Positions 33,301 to 44,482 of a DNA stretch of 64,000 nt are shown here, piece by piece; the first letter of the stretch is position 1, and each line of letters begins with the position of its first letter. A program made the position numbers and the translations under genes. The notes beneath the pieces were generated by a model that worked only from the letters and a program-made list of their open reading frames with translations, had not been told where the DNA came from and searched no databases. Source of the stretch: Perkinsus chesapeaki ATCC PRA-425. Lineage: Eukaryota; Protista; Perkinsozoa. The stretch is taken from contig JAAPAO010000138.1 of assembly GCA_013115145.1 (NCBI GenBank), positions 1-64,000 of the forward strand. The letters are read 5' to 3'.

Positions 33301-35493
33301 AAACCGATTCCAGACAAACGATCGCATCTACGGACATTATACCAACAGCAGGCACAGGGAGCGGCAACTCACCGGTCCACTGAGGCGTATACAATAACAT
33401 TATCGCCATATTGATCACGAAGGCTTTGAGCTCGCTCCACCACCTACAATGAGGGGTGAGTAGGGCATCAGCTTCCCCGTATAGCCGGGCTTACGGCAGT
33501 CTCCTGCATCTTCTGCATAGTGTAATCGTAATGCATACAAGCATGGCCTACTCTAAGGGCAACCTCCCTTCCAAGATAACTGAGAGATATAATGCAAGGC
33601 TGTCAGCGGGGGCGGCTGGGGGAGGAGGATAGGATAACCTACTCGACAGAGACGAATCCTCCCTTTTTGAAGTGGTAGTCAAGTCCTAGTATCCTCTTAC
33701 AGCAGGTAAGGAAGTGCCTAAATACACAATGACCGCCTACCTCCACTAAACAACATCACTTACCTCTCATATTCAAAGAATTGGAACCCTACTAGGTCCG
33801 CACATAACATACCCTTAAGAAGCTCCTCCCTCACAGGTAAGCATTTGTAAAGGTCAGAGCTAGGGAATGGTGTATGCAGGAACAGTCCCACATTGGCAGT
33901 GCGCAGCTTCCTTCCCACAAGCCTAACCACCAACAGCAGCAGCAGCAGCAGTCTTCTATAAACAACCACAGTCGAATGGTTTTTATTACATAGGCATTAA
34001 AAGCAAATATATATCATGAATCCAGACCATATCCTGGTCCTCACGGCAAGATGCCCATACAACCTACAGCTGTAGCAGTGGAGGAGGAGGATAGGCGAAA
34101 AGTACCTCAGAGAACTTTTGATTAACTGTCTGGTAGGCGGCCCATTGCTGTAGATCGAATGGCCGCGGGTTGTCATCGTAGACAAAGGACATGACAACAC
34201 TGTGGAATATAGGCCAGAGGAATCTAAGCAGCAAATGGGCTGAGAGGAATCATAGGAGGTGATCATGGCGTTACCTATCGCAAAAGTTAACAAAGTTATT
34301 GTAAAGGTCCTCTGCTAGGAACACAGGTATACAGTCATAATCCAAGAGGAGATCTCGAATCTGACGACAGCATTTCTGATAGAAAAAGCGTAAAAACCCA
34401 CCTCTCGCTGATCCGCATAGTCCGTAACATGTACTCCTGGCCATCCCACAAACATAACTCTTACCGGATATTGGTGGCGCAATTGATACATTGACGGCAT
34501 CACATTACCCGACTCCGACACCTTAGCTTGCCATTCACCTATCAAATACCATGTACAAAGGCCATAATAGTATACTTACCATCAACCTTCTCCACTTTAA
34601 CTGGTAGCTCAAAGCTGACCATTATAACACCGTTGTTGCTCTCTAGAGGAGGAAAGGAGTCCAATGACCGAATGGCAGCCATACGCTGCTCGAAGAGCTA
34701 ATATGATACAATCAAGGAAAGCAATCGACAATGGCACTACACCTACTGTAGCGGCATTTGCCTCTGGTGACTGTGATGCTTGCTGGCTTGCTGCATCCTC
34801 ACTTGAACGATCATCAAAGGAAAGCGAAGATACATCCTCTGGGTGGAGGGCATTACGGTACATTCCAAAGTCATCCTCAACCTAAACAGCAGCAGCAATG
34901 ATATACGATATTGTGCAAGAAGCTTACAGTCATCTCCCCACCAGTCGGTATCATAGTCCTTGTATCATTATCAATATAGGCAAATAGATTACCGTCCTGG
35001 GTCACTAAAGCATATTGATAGGATACTCGAACTCTAAGGCATACGCATGTCAAAGCAAGCTGTCCCAGTGATATTACTTAGTTTGAAATCGGACTGGTTC
35101 CACCGTATAAAAGCACGGGAACATATCTTCCTGAGTGAAGAGCTCGACCCCTCGCCTATGATCCCAATGGCCCAGTGCCCCACAGTCTCCAACCACCACA
35201 ACCTATACAGCAATTTTCCTATTAGCCACTATCATCACAGCAGTGTTGGCATCTACTTTGCCATTATCCTCCTTAAGTTTACTAGCATATTCCTGTGGTA
35301 CAACGCACCTACAGAGCCACTGTGGTGAATAGAGTCCGCCCTTTAACACCTACCGAAAGAAAACCCGAGTGTAGAGCACGCGCTCCCCAGTTGGAACTGG
35401 CTGCATATCATCTGCGGCTTGGTTCGATAAGGAGAGCTCTCCCGGGCCTCCTTTAGGTGGGTTATCAGCTTGTGGCGTTGCTGCTGGATTCAT
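30391..35493 (-). CDS. CBM20 + trehalose-6-phosphate synthase/phosphatase-like fusion (GT20 + HAD)
   Basis: CBM20: VVVVGDCGALGHWDHRRGVELFTQEDMFP (~35100-35230). GT20: LWPIFH, WIHDIYL, GLFLHTPFPSSDLYKCLPVREELLKGMLCADLVGFQ, SEFSGCS, VNPWN. HAD: FLDNEGTL, GKGYVEIKLKGVNKG, IGDDQSDELMF. Confidence 0.92.
32624..32653 (-). other. tRNA-like 3' fragment (variable loop, T-arm, acceptor strand) inside a 41-nt TPS intron
   Basis: AGGTC-CCGGG-TTCAATT-CTCGG-TCAGGGC-A; intron 32628-32668 (GTAAGT...TCAG) defined by in-frame KHML|GTPELAER. Confidence 0.6.
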
Positions 35494-35779
35494 CTGTCCA
35501 TACAGACCCAAGAGCAACGGGCTACTGTAACGATAATTTCAACCTATTCCCAGGTTTATTTACCCAGAGCTTTAGTGAAGATTGGAGAGATAACGCCCAC
35601 TATGAAAGTATTGCTATAAGGTGGAAGAGCGGTATGAATTTAATGAAAGAATCTTAGAGCTACTCCGGCATCTCAACGAGACTGTCACGTAAGCTTAGAC
35701 GACCCCTAAGATATCCTGCTGGCCAGACGGTAGGCTGAGGCAGCATAGAAGCAAATTGGGTTAATGATACAGGGAAGAA

Positions 35780-37303
35780 AAGCATCATGATCGATTCACT
35801 TCCCCAACGCCATTACGTCGAAAAGAACGTTAAGGAAATGCAAGCAGATCTAAGATGGCAAGATTGACATCATCCTGTCAATTTTGAGACGACTGTCTAT
35901 TATGAGTCTTCTCGGCGATTATGATGACCTACGTAAGTGCGATGAAGCTACATTGTATGCTGTGGATAGGATACAGAAGTAACAGAATTATCGGGAATAT
36001 CTTGGAAAAAGATATCCTTATCTTGAACCATTTCGCGACACAAGCTCACCTGGATTAAATCATTCACTTTAAATGGGATAGGGTGTATGCCACCTGCTTA
36101 GCGGAAATAACCTGGGTTGTATCCTATATCATACTGTCAGGCGAGTCCGTAGCTGGTTACGTCGAAGGAGATTCAGAGCATTGTTAAAGAGGATCAGGGA
36201 CCATCAAAGGTTTATTCACGTGGTGTACCGCTAGACATAGATGCACTTAGATACATTAAGGAACGTACCAGATTGAGTGCACGTATAGCCAATAGTCGCC
36301 ATGAGCTTAGTTTGATGAATAGGATGCTCCAAGGTCCAGCAGGCACGAGAGAGGTATCTTGCTAGGTATCCAGGGCAGGTAGGTCCAAGGTCAGGTGTTG
36401 GCATATACCCAACAGAAGGAGATGAATGCAGCTAAGAAGTAGGTATGGGCTAGGGGCAGTTACATTGCATTGTGATAGGATACAATGCTGGTGGCGTGGC
36501 AGGCTCACAGCTAGGCAAGTTAAGCAGACTGTTGAGGGAAAGAGGAAGGTAGTATGGGAATAGGTTAGGCGATGGAAGTACACGATAGGACAGAGCAGCC
36601 CGACGAATCCAAGAAGCATGGCGTATCTTGAGGTCAAGGTGGAGGCTAGAGGAACCTTTAAAGGGTCCATTCTATCGAGGGTTGGACGAATACCAAAGGC
36701 AAATTACGTGTGTGGAGGATGAGGTTCGGTGATGCTCTATACATATCCATGTAGCTGCAACCTTATAGGGAGCTGTACAGTACAAGTTGGACGGAATGAT
36801 ATCTGACCGGCTATTCACGGGCAAGGCTTTTAGCTGCAGTTGATAGCAATACCGACATAGGCGATACCAGCACGGATGAGGCGGCATTGAAAGCCTTGCA
36901 GCATAGATCATGGCAGGCCTACTTGTCCTTCCTTCACCACCTTACAATGTCCTCCCTATTGCCAAATCCCCCCTAGTCAATTGTTCAGGTCTCGACGGAC
37001 CATGAAGCGGGCCTTCGTGGAGCTAGAGACCGTCAAAGGTGCCCATAGGTATCCCTATCAGTTGTCACGTTGTGGCTAGACCTTCTGCATGAGCTGGATA
37101 AGATAGCCGCCGCTCCCAACGGATACAGTGTGGCTCAGCTCAGTCGCCTACTGAACGGTGGTGCTATAAGGAAGGCACGGCAAGACTATGAGCAAAGGAA
37201 GGCACTTATACTCAGGTTATACAGACCAACCTGTGTTTCCTGTGCTAATCGTTTACAGTAGCAACGGTAGTGTTCTGGGCGATGGTGGTGGAAGCCTTGG
37301 TGA
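35780..37303 (+). CDS. IQ-motif protein, IQCB1/NPHP5-like (5' end approximate)
   Basis: IQ motifs IQCWWRGRLTAR and AARRIQEAWRILR; C-terminus ...IRKARQDYEQRKALIL...RWWWKPW* resembles the IQCB1 WWK ending. Confidence 0.55.
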
Positions 37304-37520
37304 TCTCAGCTTCCTGGCCACTACTGAGGTTGATGCCATGGAAAGGTAAGGCTGCTGCTGCTGCTGCCATCTATGGTTGGTATAAAGCTACTTTAGAGAC
37401 CTTAATGCCCTCTGGAATGCCCTCCTGGCAAGGACAGCATACTAGCCATGCCTCTCCGGTGTCTCTACCACTCCTTGAATTGTGTTAAGTTCCAACCAGC
37501 ATGTTCCTTTTAGTTGTACC

Positions 37521-38044
37521 ATGACCGAACCATCAGCCCCAGAGGTGGCAACTCCTACCGCTGAGCCCACAGCACCCAAGGACGATGGAGTCCACTTTGC
37601 TCATCGGGCCAAGAAGCTAGTGCTTGATGCGGGTGCCATTATCAAGCTACAAAGAGCGGACAACTTTGCCAAGGAACTTTACACTACTCCGCGGATCATA
37701 GGAGAGATCCGAGACAGACAAGCCCGGCAGCATTTGGCCAACCTACCGGCTGAGCTGAAGGTGCGGAGCCCGGACACAGAGGCTATGAGAGCTGTCCAAG
37801 AGTTTGCTAAGAAGACAGGGGATTATGGGTTCCTGTCAATCAATGATATGGAGGTAATGGCTTTGGCTGTTATGCTGTATAAAGAGAGTGGATGTAATAA
37901 GGAGCTCAATGCAGCGCCATCTATGGCAAAGTTTGAGAGCGGTGGTAATACAGGCAAGGATGACGCATAGTGTTCTATTGGATATGCCATTAATGGAAGA
38001 ACAGACTGCATCTCGAAGGGCGCTCAGTATGCCTGAGGCCTTCA

Positions 38045-38087
<43 letters not shown>

Positions 38088-39386
38088 ATCTGTCCAATGG
38101 CCTTGAAAAGCAATAGGCTGCCGATAGGCTGTGTAGCATATGATGTCTGTCAGGTGCTAAGGGACGTAAGGCCTTCAGCTGGAGACCAGAGGAGGATAAG
38201 CAAGGACAACAACAGGAGGACATTCCTGAACCATTAAAGGAAGAGGAAGCTGAGGATAACACTGAGGGTATTGTTTGGGCTCATGTTGGACGGCAATAGA
38301 CGGACTGTCAGCACCGCTTGCCACACAAGATGAGGAGGAGTCAACAGCTGAGGAGGTGAAGGGAGAGCAGGAGGAGGATGATGACGATGGAGGATGGATC
38401 ACTGCCACCAACTTCAGAAAGTAATAGGCTAGTAGGGAGGTTGATGCATGCACGTGGTTGGTGAAAAGATACGCTCGGGATAACCATGAGTCAGCAACTA
38501 AGGATGGTGAAGAAGAGACTATTTCTGAGGTGTCCATCATGTCGGCTGATTATAGTGTCCAAAATGTCATGATGCAAATGGGTGTCGATGTAAGCCTTAC
38601 CACTCTATGGTCGAGCACTACTGCTGTTGGTAGGTGCTGTCCTTTGGAGGGTTCATGATTCGCTCCGTAAAGCTCTGGGCCTTGCTTTGTACCGCCTGCC
38701 ATAAAGTTACCAGGGATACATCTAAGGTAGTTGCAGCGAGCCTCATCTCTTCTCCTTCCGTTATACTTGGTCTTTTGGTCAGGTTTTTTGTAGTAAGTGT
38801 GGTAATGATACAGTGTATAGAGTGCCAGTGTATGTGGACTCGGAGACAAGGGACCTTACTGTTACGAGGAGCCGTAGATGGGAGAAGATGACAGCCAAAA
38901 GGAATAAAGGGTCGATGTAGTGCTGCGGGGGACATGGGGAGACTCGGATGAGATTCGCTATCAGTTGGTCGATTCCTAAAAACCGTGGTGGGCGGCAGAC
39001 TAACCCTTTGATCCTTGCTGAGGATGAGCTCCTTATGTCTGGACGGGACAGGGAGTATCGGAGGAGGTGCAACCAGTAGGCAACCAGTCTTATGCTGCTT
39101 TGGTGGCATAGCTTAACTTCTTAGATTCGAGAAGGAAAGACAGCTCCATAATCCCTTTGCATCGGAGTCCCTTTACCAAGCTGATCCTTTGATGGGGTGG
39201 TGCACTAGAAGTACCAACTCTAGGGGGAATGCCTTACTAGGAGTAAGCAGCTCTCCTCCGCCTTTTACTGTCGCCGATGCCTCCTCCTCTTAGGACTCCT
39301 CCAGTGCTCCGAAGGTCGAGGCTGGGTATGGCCGACGCAACCCTAACCGTGGCAACTTCAAGCACACTAAAGGCAAACGTAAATAA
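37521..39386 (+). CDS. NOB1: 20S pre-rRNA D-site endonuclease NOB1
   Basis: PIN domain LVLDAGAII...YTTPRIIGEIRD...KKTGDYGFLSINDMEVMAL; DDDDGGWIT; SADYSVQNVMMQMG; zinc ribbon CTAC...FCSKCGN; LILAEDE; terminal GYGRRNPN. Confidence 0.95.
38046..38087. repeat. (GTT)14 microsatellite, probably in a NOB1 intron
   Basis: 14 perfect GTT units read directly. Confidence 0.95.
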
Positions 39387-39550
39387 ACAACAACAACCAT
39401 CAACAACACTGTACAGCTGTTTCGGTTCCTACGTTTTACCCGCTATCCAGTCCTGTCCTATTGAGTTGAAGTGTGGTGTGGGCAGGCAGACACCCATGTT
39501 AGATGTCCTTATCATCCTCCCAACCCCTCTCTCATACTCATCGGGGGCCC

Positions 39551-40804
39551 ATGGCATCTCAGACCCCACCAGGCCGTCGAGAGCGACGCAGTGAAGCTGA
39601 CCTACCCCTACTTGGAGGCTACCCGGGAGCAGAAGCAACAAGCCCAGATGGGGAGAGGATTGAAGGGGAAGATCCAGAGCTTGGTAATGCTTCGTTTGAT
39701 ACACTAAGGGACGCAGTTAACCGAGAACTGCGGGATATGCATCGGGAAGTTGGCAAGGTGGTGACACATGCATCTCCAGCGATGGTGAACTGATGCTGTA
39801 TAGGCTCGGCGGTTGGTGTCGAAGTCCTCTAATTCCCCTAAACAGGAGGAGATGAGAATACATTCTAGCATTGACAAGGTTACCGAGTGTACCGAGGGAG
39901 AGAGTCATACCGCTCTCGCCTCTTAGGTCCGATATTCTGGGGTATCGGTCCGGCACATGCTGGACAGGATGAGGCAGCTTGCCGGTGATGATGCCGATAA
40001 GCAGCTGGAGGAGCAAAGGCTTCGAGACAGCTTAGGTGAGGGTGCCTATCTGGCTCGACTTGTGTACTCCTTCAAAGGCTCCCTTCTGTCCTCTGTTGAC
40101 CAACTCTTATCATCATTCCTCGTGTCGGAGGAACGTACATTACAGAAGGAGAGAGTAAGGGCTGATGAGATAGATGAAGGCATTCGGTCGAGCTCCAAGC
40201 AACAATATCGTAGGACATCTAAGCCTTGGGGTAGCCTCACCTAGCCATTCCAGCATCCTATGCTTCCACCTCTAACACTCGTACACCAGAGGCTGCCGAT
40301 GTAGATAGCCAGGCCCAGGAGGATCCAACCGACGCCTTGTTGTTGAGCATGGCAGAGCTGGACCTTCAGGTGGGCAAGGCTGGGGGGCTGTAGAGGGAAT
40401 GATGGACTTAGGAGGATATAATCCGGGAACGAGAGGAGGGCATCCGGAATATACACAGTGACATAGTAGCTATAAGGGGCCTCTTTCAAGAAGTAGCTTG
40501 GCATGTTACCGAGCAAGGCCAGGTGGGGCACTGCTGCGGCCACTTTTGGTGGGGTGTGGGATGATATCAGGTTATTGACAATATAGAGACTAACATGGGC
40601 CAAGCTGCCCTTCGGACCGGTCAAGCCAATCGTGAGTTAGCAATAGCCAGCGAGACTGTTCGAAAGAATACGTGAGTTAATGGGCCACCTCACCTTTACC
40701 TTGCCCTCAGGTACCGTTACATTTGCTACATCTTAGTTATAGTAATTCTGGTCCTTCTTATAGTGTTGCTCCTAAAGAGCCTCATTCCTTTAATACCATT
40801 ATAG
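39551..40804 (+). CDS. Syntaxin (Qa-SNARE)
   Basis: Helical Habc-like exons; SNARE motif IYSDIVAIRGLFQEVAWHVTEQGQ|VIDNIETNMGQA; C-terminal TM LVIVILVLLIVLLLK. Confidence 0.85.
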
Positions 40805-40929
40805 GCATGTCGGACCAGCCCTGTGTGTTTCACTATGCATAATTGCCGATTTTTTATGTCATCATAATTTTGCTACTTGCGTTCCAGCGTGGTATCCTAT
40901 ATCAGTTTTCGAGTGGTGATAGCTCATCA

Positions 40930-42772
40930 ATGCCACCTCAGCAGCAGCAGTCCACTGCTCCTCTACCGCAGGGATGGAAGGAGTACCATACACCAGAAGG
41001 GAAACCGTAAGTGCATCAACAACCAAGTCTTAATGGCTCTCTACCCTTTTGAAAAGCAAACCCAAAGTGTTACTGGCATTTTCACAACGGTCGTTTTTCC
41101 ACCTCTCATCATTAACATTGACCCAACATCATTGGTTAGGGGAAGTTTATGGCTCGACTAAGGAATTCTGGTAACGGCTTCGATACCGCGCTACTAGGGG
41201 GGAGCCTTTGGCCATCGTCGCCTTTTTCTAGGTACTATCACTGTGCAGCCAGGGGTATCACTCAGTGGGAGAGACCGACGGAAGGTCAGCCACAGCTTAG
41301 CGACCTCCTGCAGTCAGATGGTGAAAAGTCCAGCGGTAAGGGGTGGATCCTCCTATCATAGCCAGCTCCTTTCCAGACACTCCCGACTCGGCCGCCAGCG
41401 CTAGAGATGACGCCTCCGCCGATATGCGATTGAATGACAGACCTAACACTACTGCCACTGTTAACTTATCAGGGACCGTACAGCAACAACAGCAACCTCA
41501 GCCTAGGACTGGTAATAAGGGGCTCGGTGCTAGTGAGGCATCCTTGGTGTAGGTCCTATAGGGAGGGGTGTGGAACAGTTCGAGATCGGTGATTCCAGAA
41601 GTGGAACAAGCAATGCAACTGCTAGCCGGTGGGCAAGCTATTAATGTAGAGGTGACCAAGGAGGTTGGTAGGTTCGGCCCTCCATCGTTCGCCTCTAACA
41701 CCTCCCAAAGCCTCATTGGTGGGGCTGTCGGCGTGCTGGGTAGATTCCAAGGTGTCCGTGGTATTGGACAATACTTCAAGGTGGATCCAGAGACGGTAAG
41801 GTTAATGGCTGCTATGATAGAGGAGCATGGTATCAGGTATCGTCTAGACTGCGGCAAGGTGTATCAATGGGTTTGGGGAGTGGACCTAATAGGTCCCTAT
41901 TGGAGCATCCTGACCTCGTTGGCCCTAGTATTATCCTTCTACTATCGGTAATATTCACATGTTGTCCTACTAAGCACTATTAACTTCACGGCTGCTGTAT
42001 ATATGTTTAATAACCACCACCTTCCTGATCCTCCTGGCGTAATATCTCATCCTCCTCCATGGATACCAGACACTCAATATACCACTCCCGCTGCCTTCAC
42101 AGTTTTCCTTTTCTAGTATCCCTCCCTCCTCCTGCGGCGGCGGCAGTATCAGCATTATCTCTTGTGTAGGTTCTTGCGATGTCCATAGTAGCCATGTTGT
42201 CCCATATATCCTTATCCACCCCCATAGCTGTATTCCTATCCGGTTCTATGATGATGATATGTGGAATGACCGGTGTACCACTACTCATTGTTATCTTCCA
42301 AAGATACTTTGGTGTCAGCGACCCCAACTCCAGGTCCGCTACTCCAACCCCAGGTTCATTTTTGTACCCCTCCTCCTCATTGTTAGGTACTATGCCCCAT
42401 CACTAGGAGCACCTGTACCGGGCCCTGAGGACTCCAGGCCACTAGAGTACGCCCCTCTGGTGTGCTGCTACAGGTAACTTACTGTCCTAGCCCTTGGCCA
42501 TTTTGTCACAGTTACTCCCTGGCCCCGATGCCTCTGGCAACCTTGGCGAGCCTCCTCCTAGGGGACTTCTCCTTCCTCGCTGGTGCCGGTGCTAGCATAG
42601 CCTTTCTTAACGTAACACAGTCTCTCCACTCGTCGGCGGTGATTACCATATCTCTCAGGTCCACCTCGGGCCACCACTTGCCAACTCATTCGGCCACTCT
42701 CGTATAGGGTCCATCACAGTCATTGCTGGAACTATCGCTCTCTACTGGTTGATAATGTCCCTCCTCTGGTAA
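40930..42772 (+). CDS. Yip1-family membrane protein with N-terminal WW domain
   Basis: PLPQGWKEYHTPEGKP|YYHCAARGITQWERP (WW); QYFKVDPETV, DLIGPYW, LVCCY|SYSLAPM and several TM exons (Yip1 pattern); stop at 42772. Confidence 0.7.
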
Positions 42773-42905
42773 CACCTCCTGTATCTCCCACATCTTTGCT
42801 GTTTCTATCATCTTCCAGTGAATCGGATGAATCATTGTACGCCTCCAGTGCCATTGTGTTATAGCGACAACTTGATCATCGACTTGCAGTTTTTTTCACT
42901 TTCTC

Positions 42906-44263
42906 ATGCCACCGGAACCCGCGGCCACTGAGGAGTCCCGACTATTGCTTGACAGCTTCGTAGACTCCTACCTCCCCGAACTCAAGCTTATGTTCTCAAT
43001 TCTGCCGGAGGATGCCATCCTCGAGGAAGTCCGCAATTCCCAGTCTACCAGCCGCACTGGAGAGATCGACATCGAAGGCGTTTTAGAACGGCTCGTCGGT
43101 AGAGCTAGCGCCTCGCAGGCCGTGTAGGTAGCTGTCACAACTCATAGTGAGCTCTCTCCCTCAGACCTGTCATCGACCTTACCCTATCCGAGGACCCGCC
43201 AGCCCAAGATAACTGGCAGACTGATGAGGAAGTGCTCGCTGCCCTCATGGCCATCGAGGATCCTCTACAGAGGGCCTTTGCAAGCAAGACGTTGGCGACG
43301 GTTATCAGGAACATCATTATTCACGCGCCACAAAACTCCAAGTACTGCACCTTGAAACTGACCAATGCCAGAGTCCGACAACTTTACGATGGCCTTGGCG
43401 AACTGCTCCACAATCTTGGTTTCGAAGTCATTTACGAAAACGGTGGCTTGCTGCAGTGGAACCGCTCAGCGTCTGATGAGCGTCTTGTTGAAGCACATAC
43501 CTTACTGGAGACCGTAAATGCATCACCAGTCGAATGGATTGGAGTGGCACCCGAGGCTCTCACTGGCCCTGCTCCCCCTCTGAAGCCTGCAAGCCCGACT
43601 GCTGGAGCAGCAAGCAGTTCACGGTACACGATGGCAGGTAAGCTCACACGAGAGGCCATCGCTGATTTGACCGAGCAGCGGTTAAAGAAGCAGGGGAAGG
43701 GAGGCAGCTGGGGAACTGGTGTCATCTACTCTAATAAAAACAACAGACGACGGATACACGGGCTTGATGACTTGGTACCGGACTCGGGAGCGACACATTT
43801 CGCTGATGACTACCTGAGGATGATACATGGACCAGCAGGCTCCATGGCTGAGCTCACGCAGAGGTACTCTGCAGTAGAGTATCTTGGTAGGAAGATACTC
43901 GATCTCTGTAACGTCGCGCGCCACGAAAATGGCAAGCTCGGTCGGCTACAGTGGCATGATGGCGTGGCTGCTGTCGCTCGTGCGCATGCCGAAAAGATGG
44001 CGTCCGGCGAGGCTTCCTTCTCCCACGACGGTTTCGACAGCCGGTGTCGGCAGCTGCCGATACCGTATCACAGCGCGGGGGAGAACCTAGCCTACAGCAA
44101 GGGTATGCCGGATGGTGCTGTCACTACGGTTAATGGCTGGATGAGCAGCCCTGGTCACAGGAAGAACCTTCTAACAGCAGGCTTCACGCACTGTGGTGTT
44201 GGTTGTGCTTATGGTCGGGATGGCTCCCTGTGGGTTACCCAACTCCTAGTGAGCTCTCGCTGA
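42906..44263 (+). CDS. CUE-like + PUB + CAP/SCP domain protein
   Basis: LKLMFSILPEDAILEEV...DIEGVLERLV (CUE-like); TLATVIRNII.APQNSKYCTLKLTN...LGF (PUB); NVARHENG...ARAHAEKM...FSHDG...AGENLA...GWMSSPGHRKNLL...GVG...WVTQ (CAP/SCP). Confidence 0.75.
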
Positions 44264-44482
44264 CCAATGTTACCCATCTAAATAGCAGCAAGCATTTAAC
44301 GCATCTCTATCCTGTCTTGAGTTTAATATGAGATGGTTACCTCGACATCGCAGTGACCACTTGAGCAGATATTACTGTCACCAGTAGCATTGTAGACGTA
44401 TAAAATTCATACCACTTTTTCTTCTGCTCATCGCCGTGTAGTATCGCTTCTCGTCCATTATACTTGTCCTTAGTTTGTTAAG

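Noticed and set aside
37888-38106. Poly-Leu ORF as a transmembrane segment
   Set aside because: It is the translation of the (GTT)14 microsatellite and is off the NOB1 frame.
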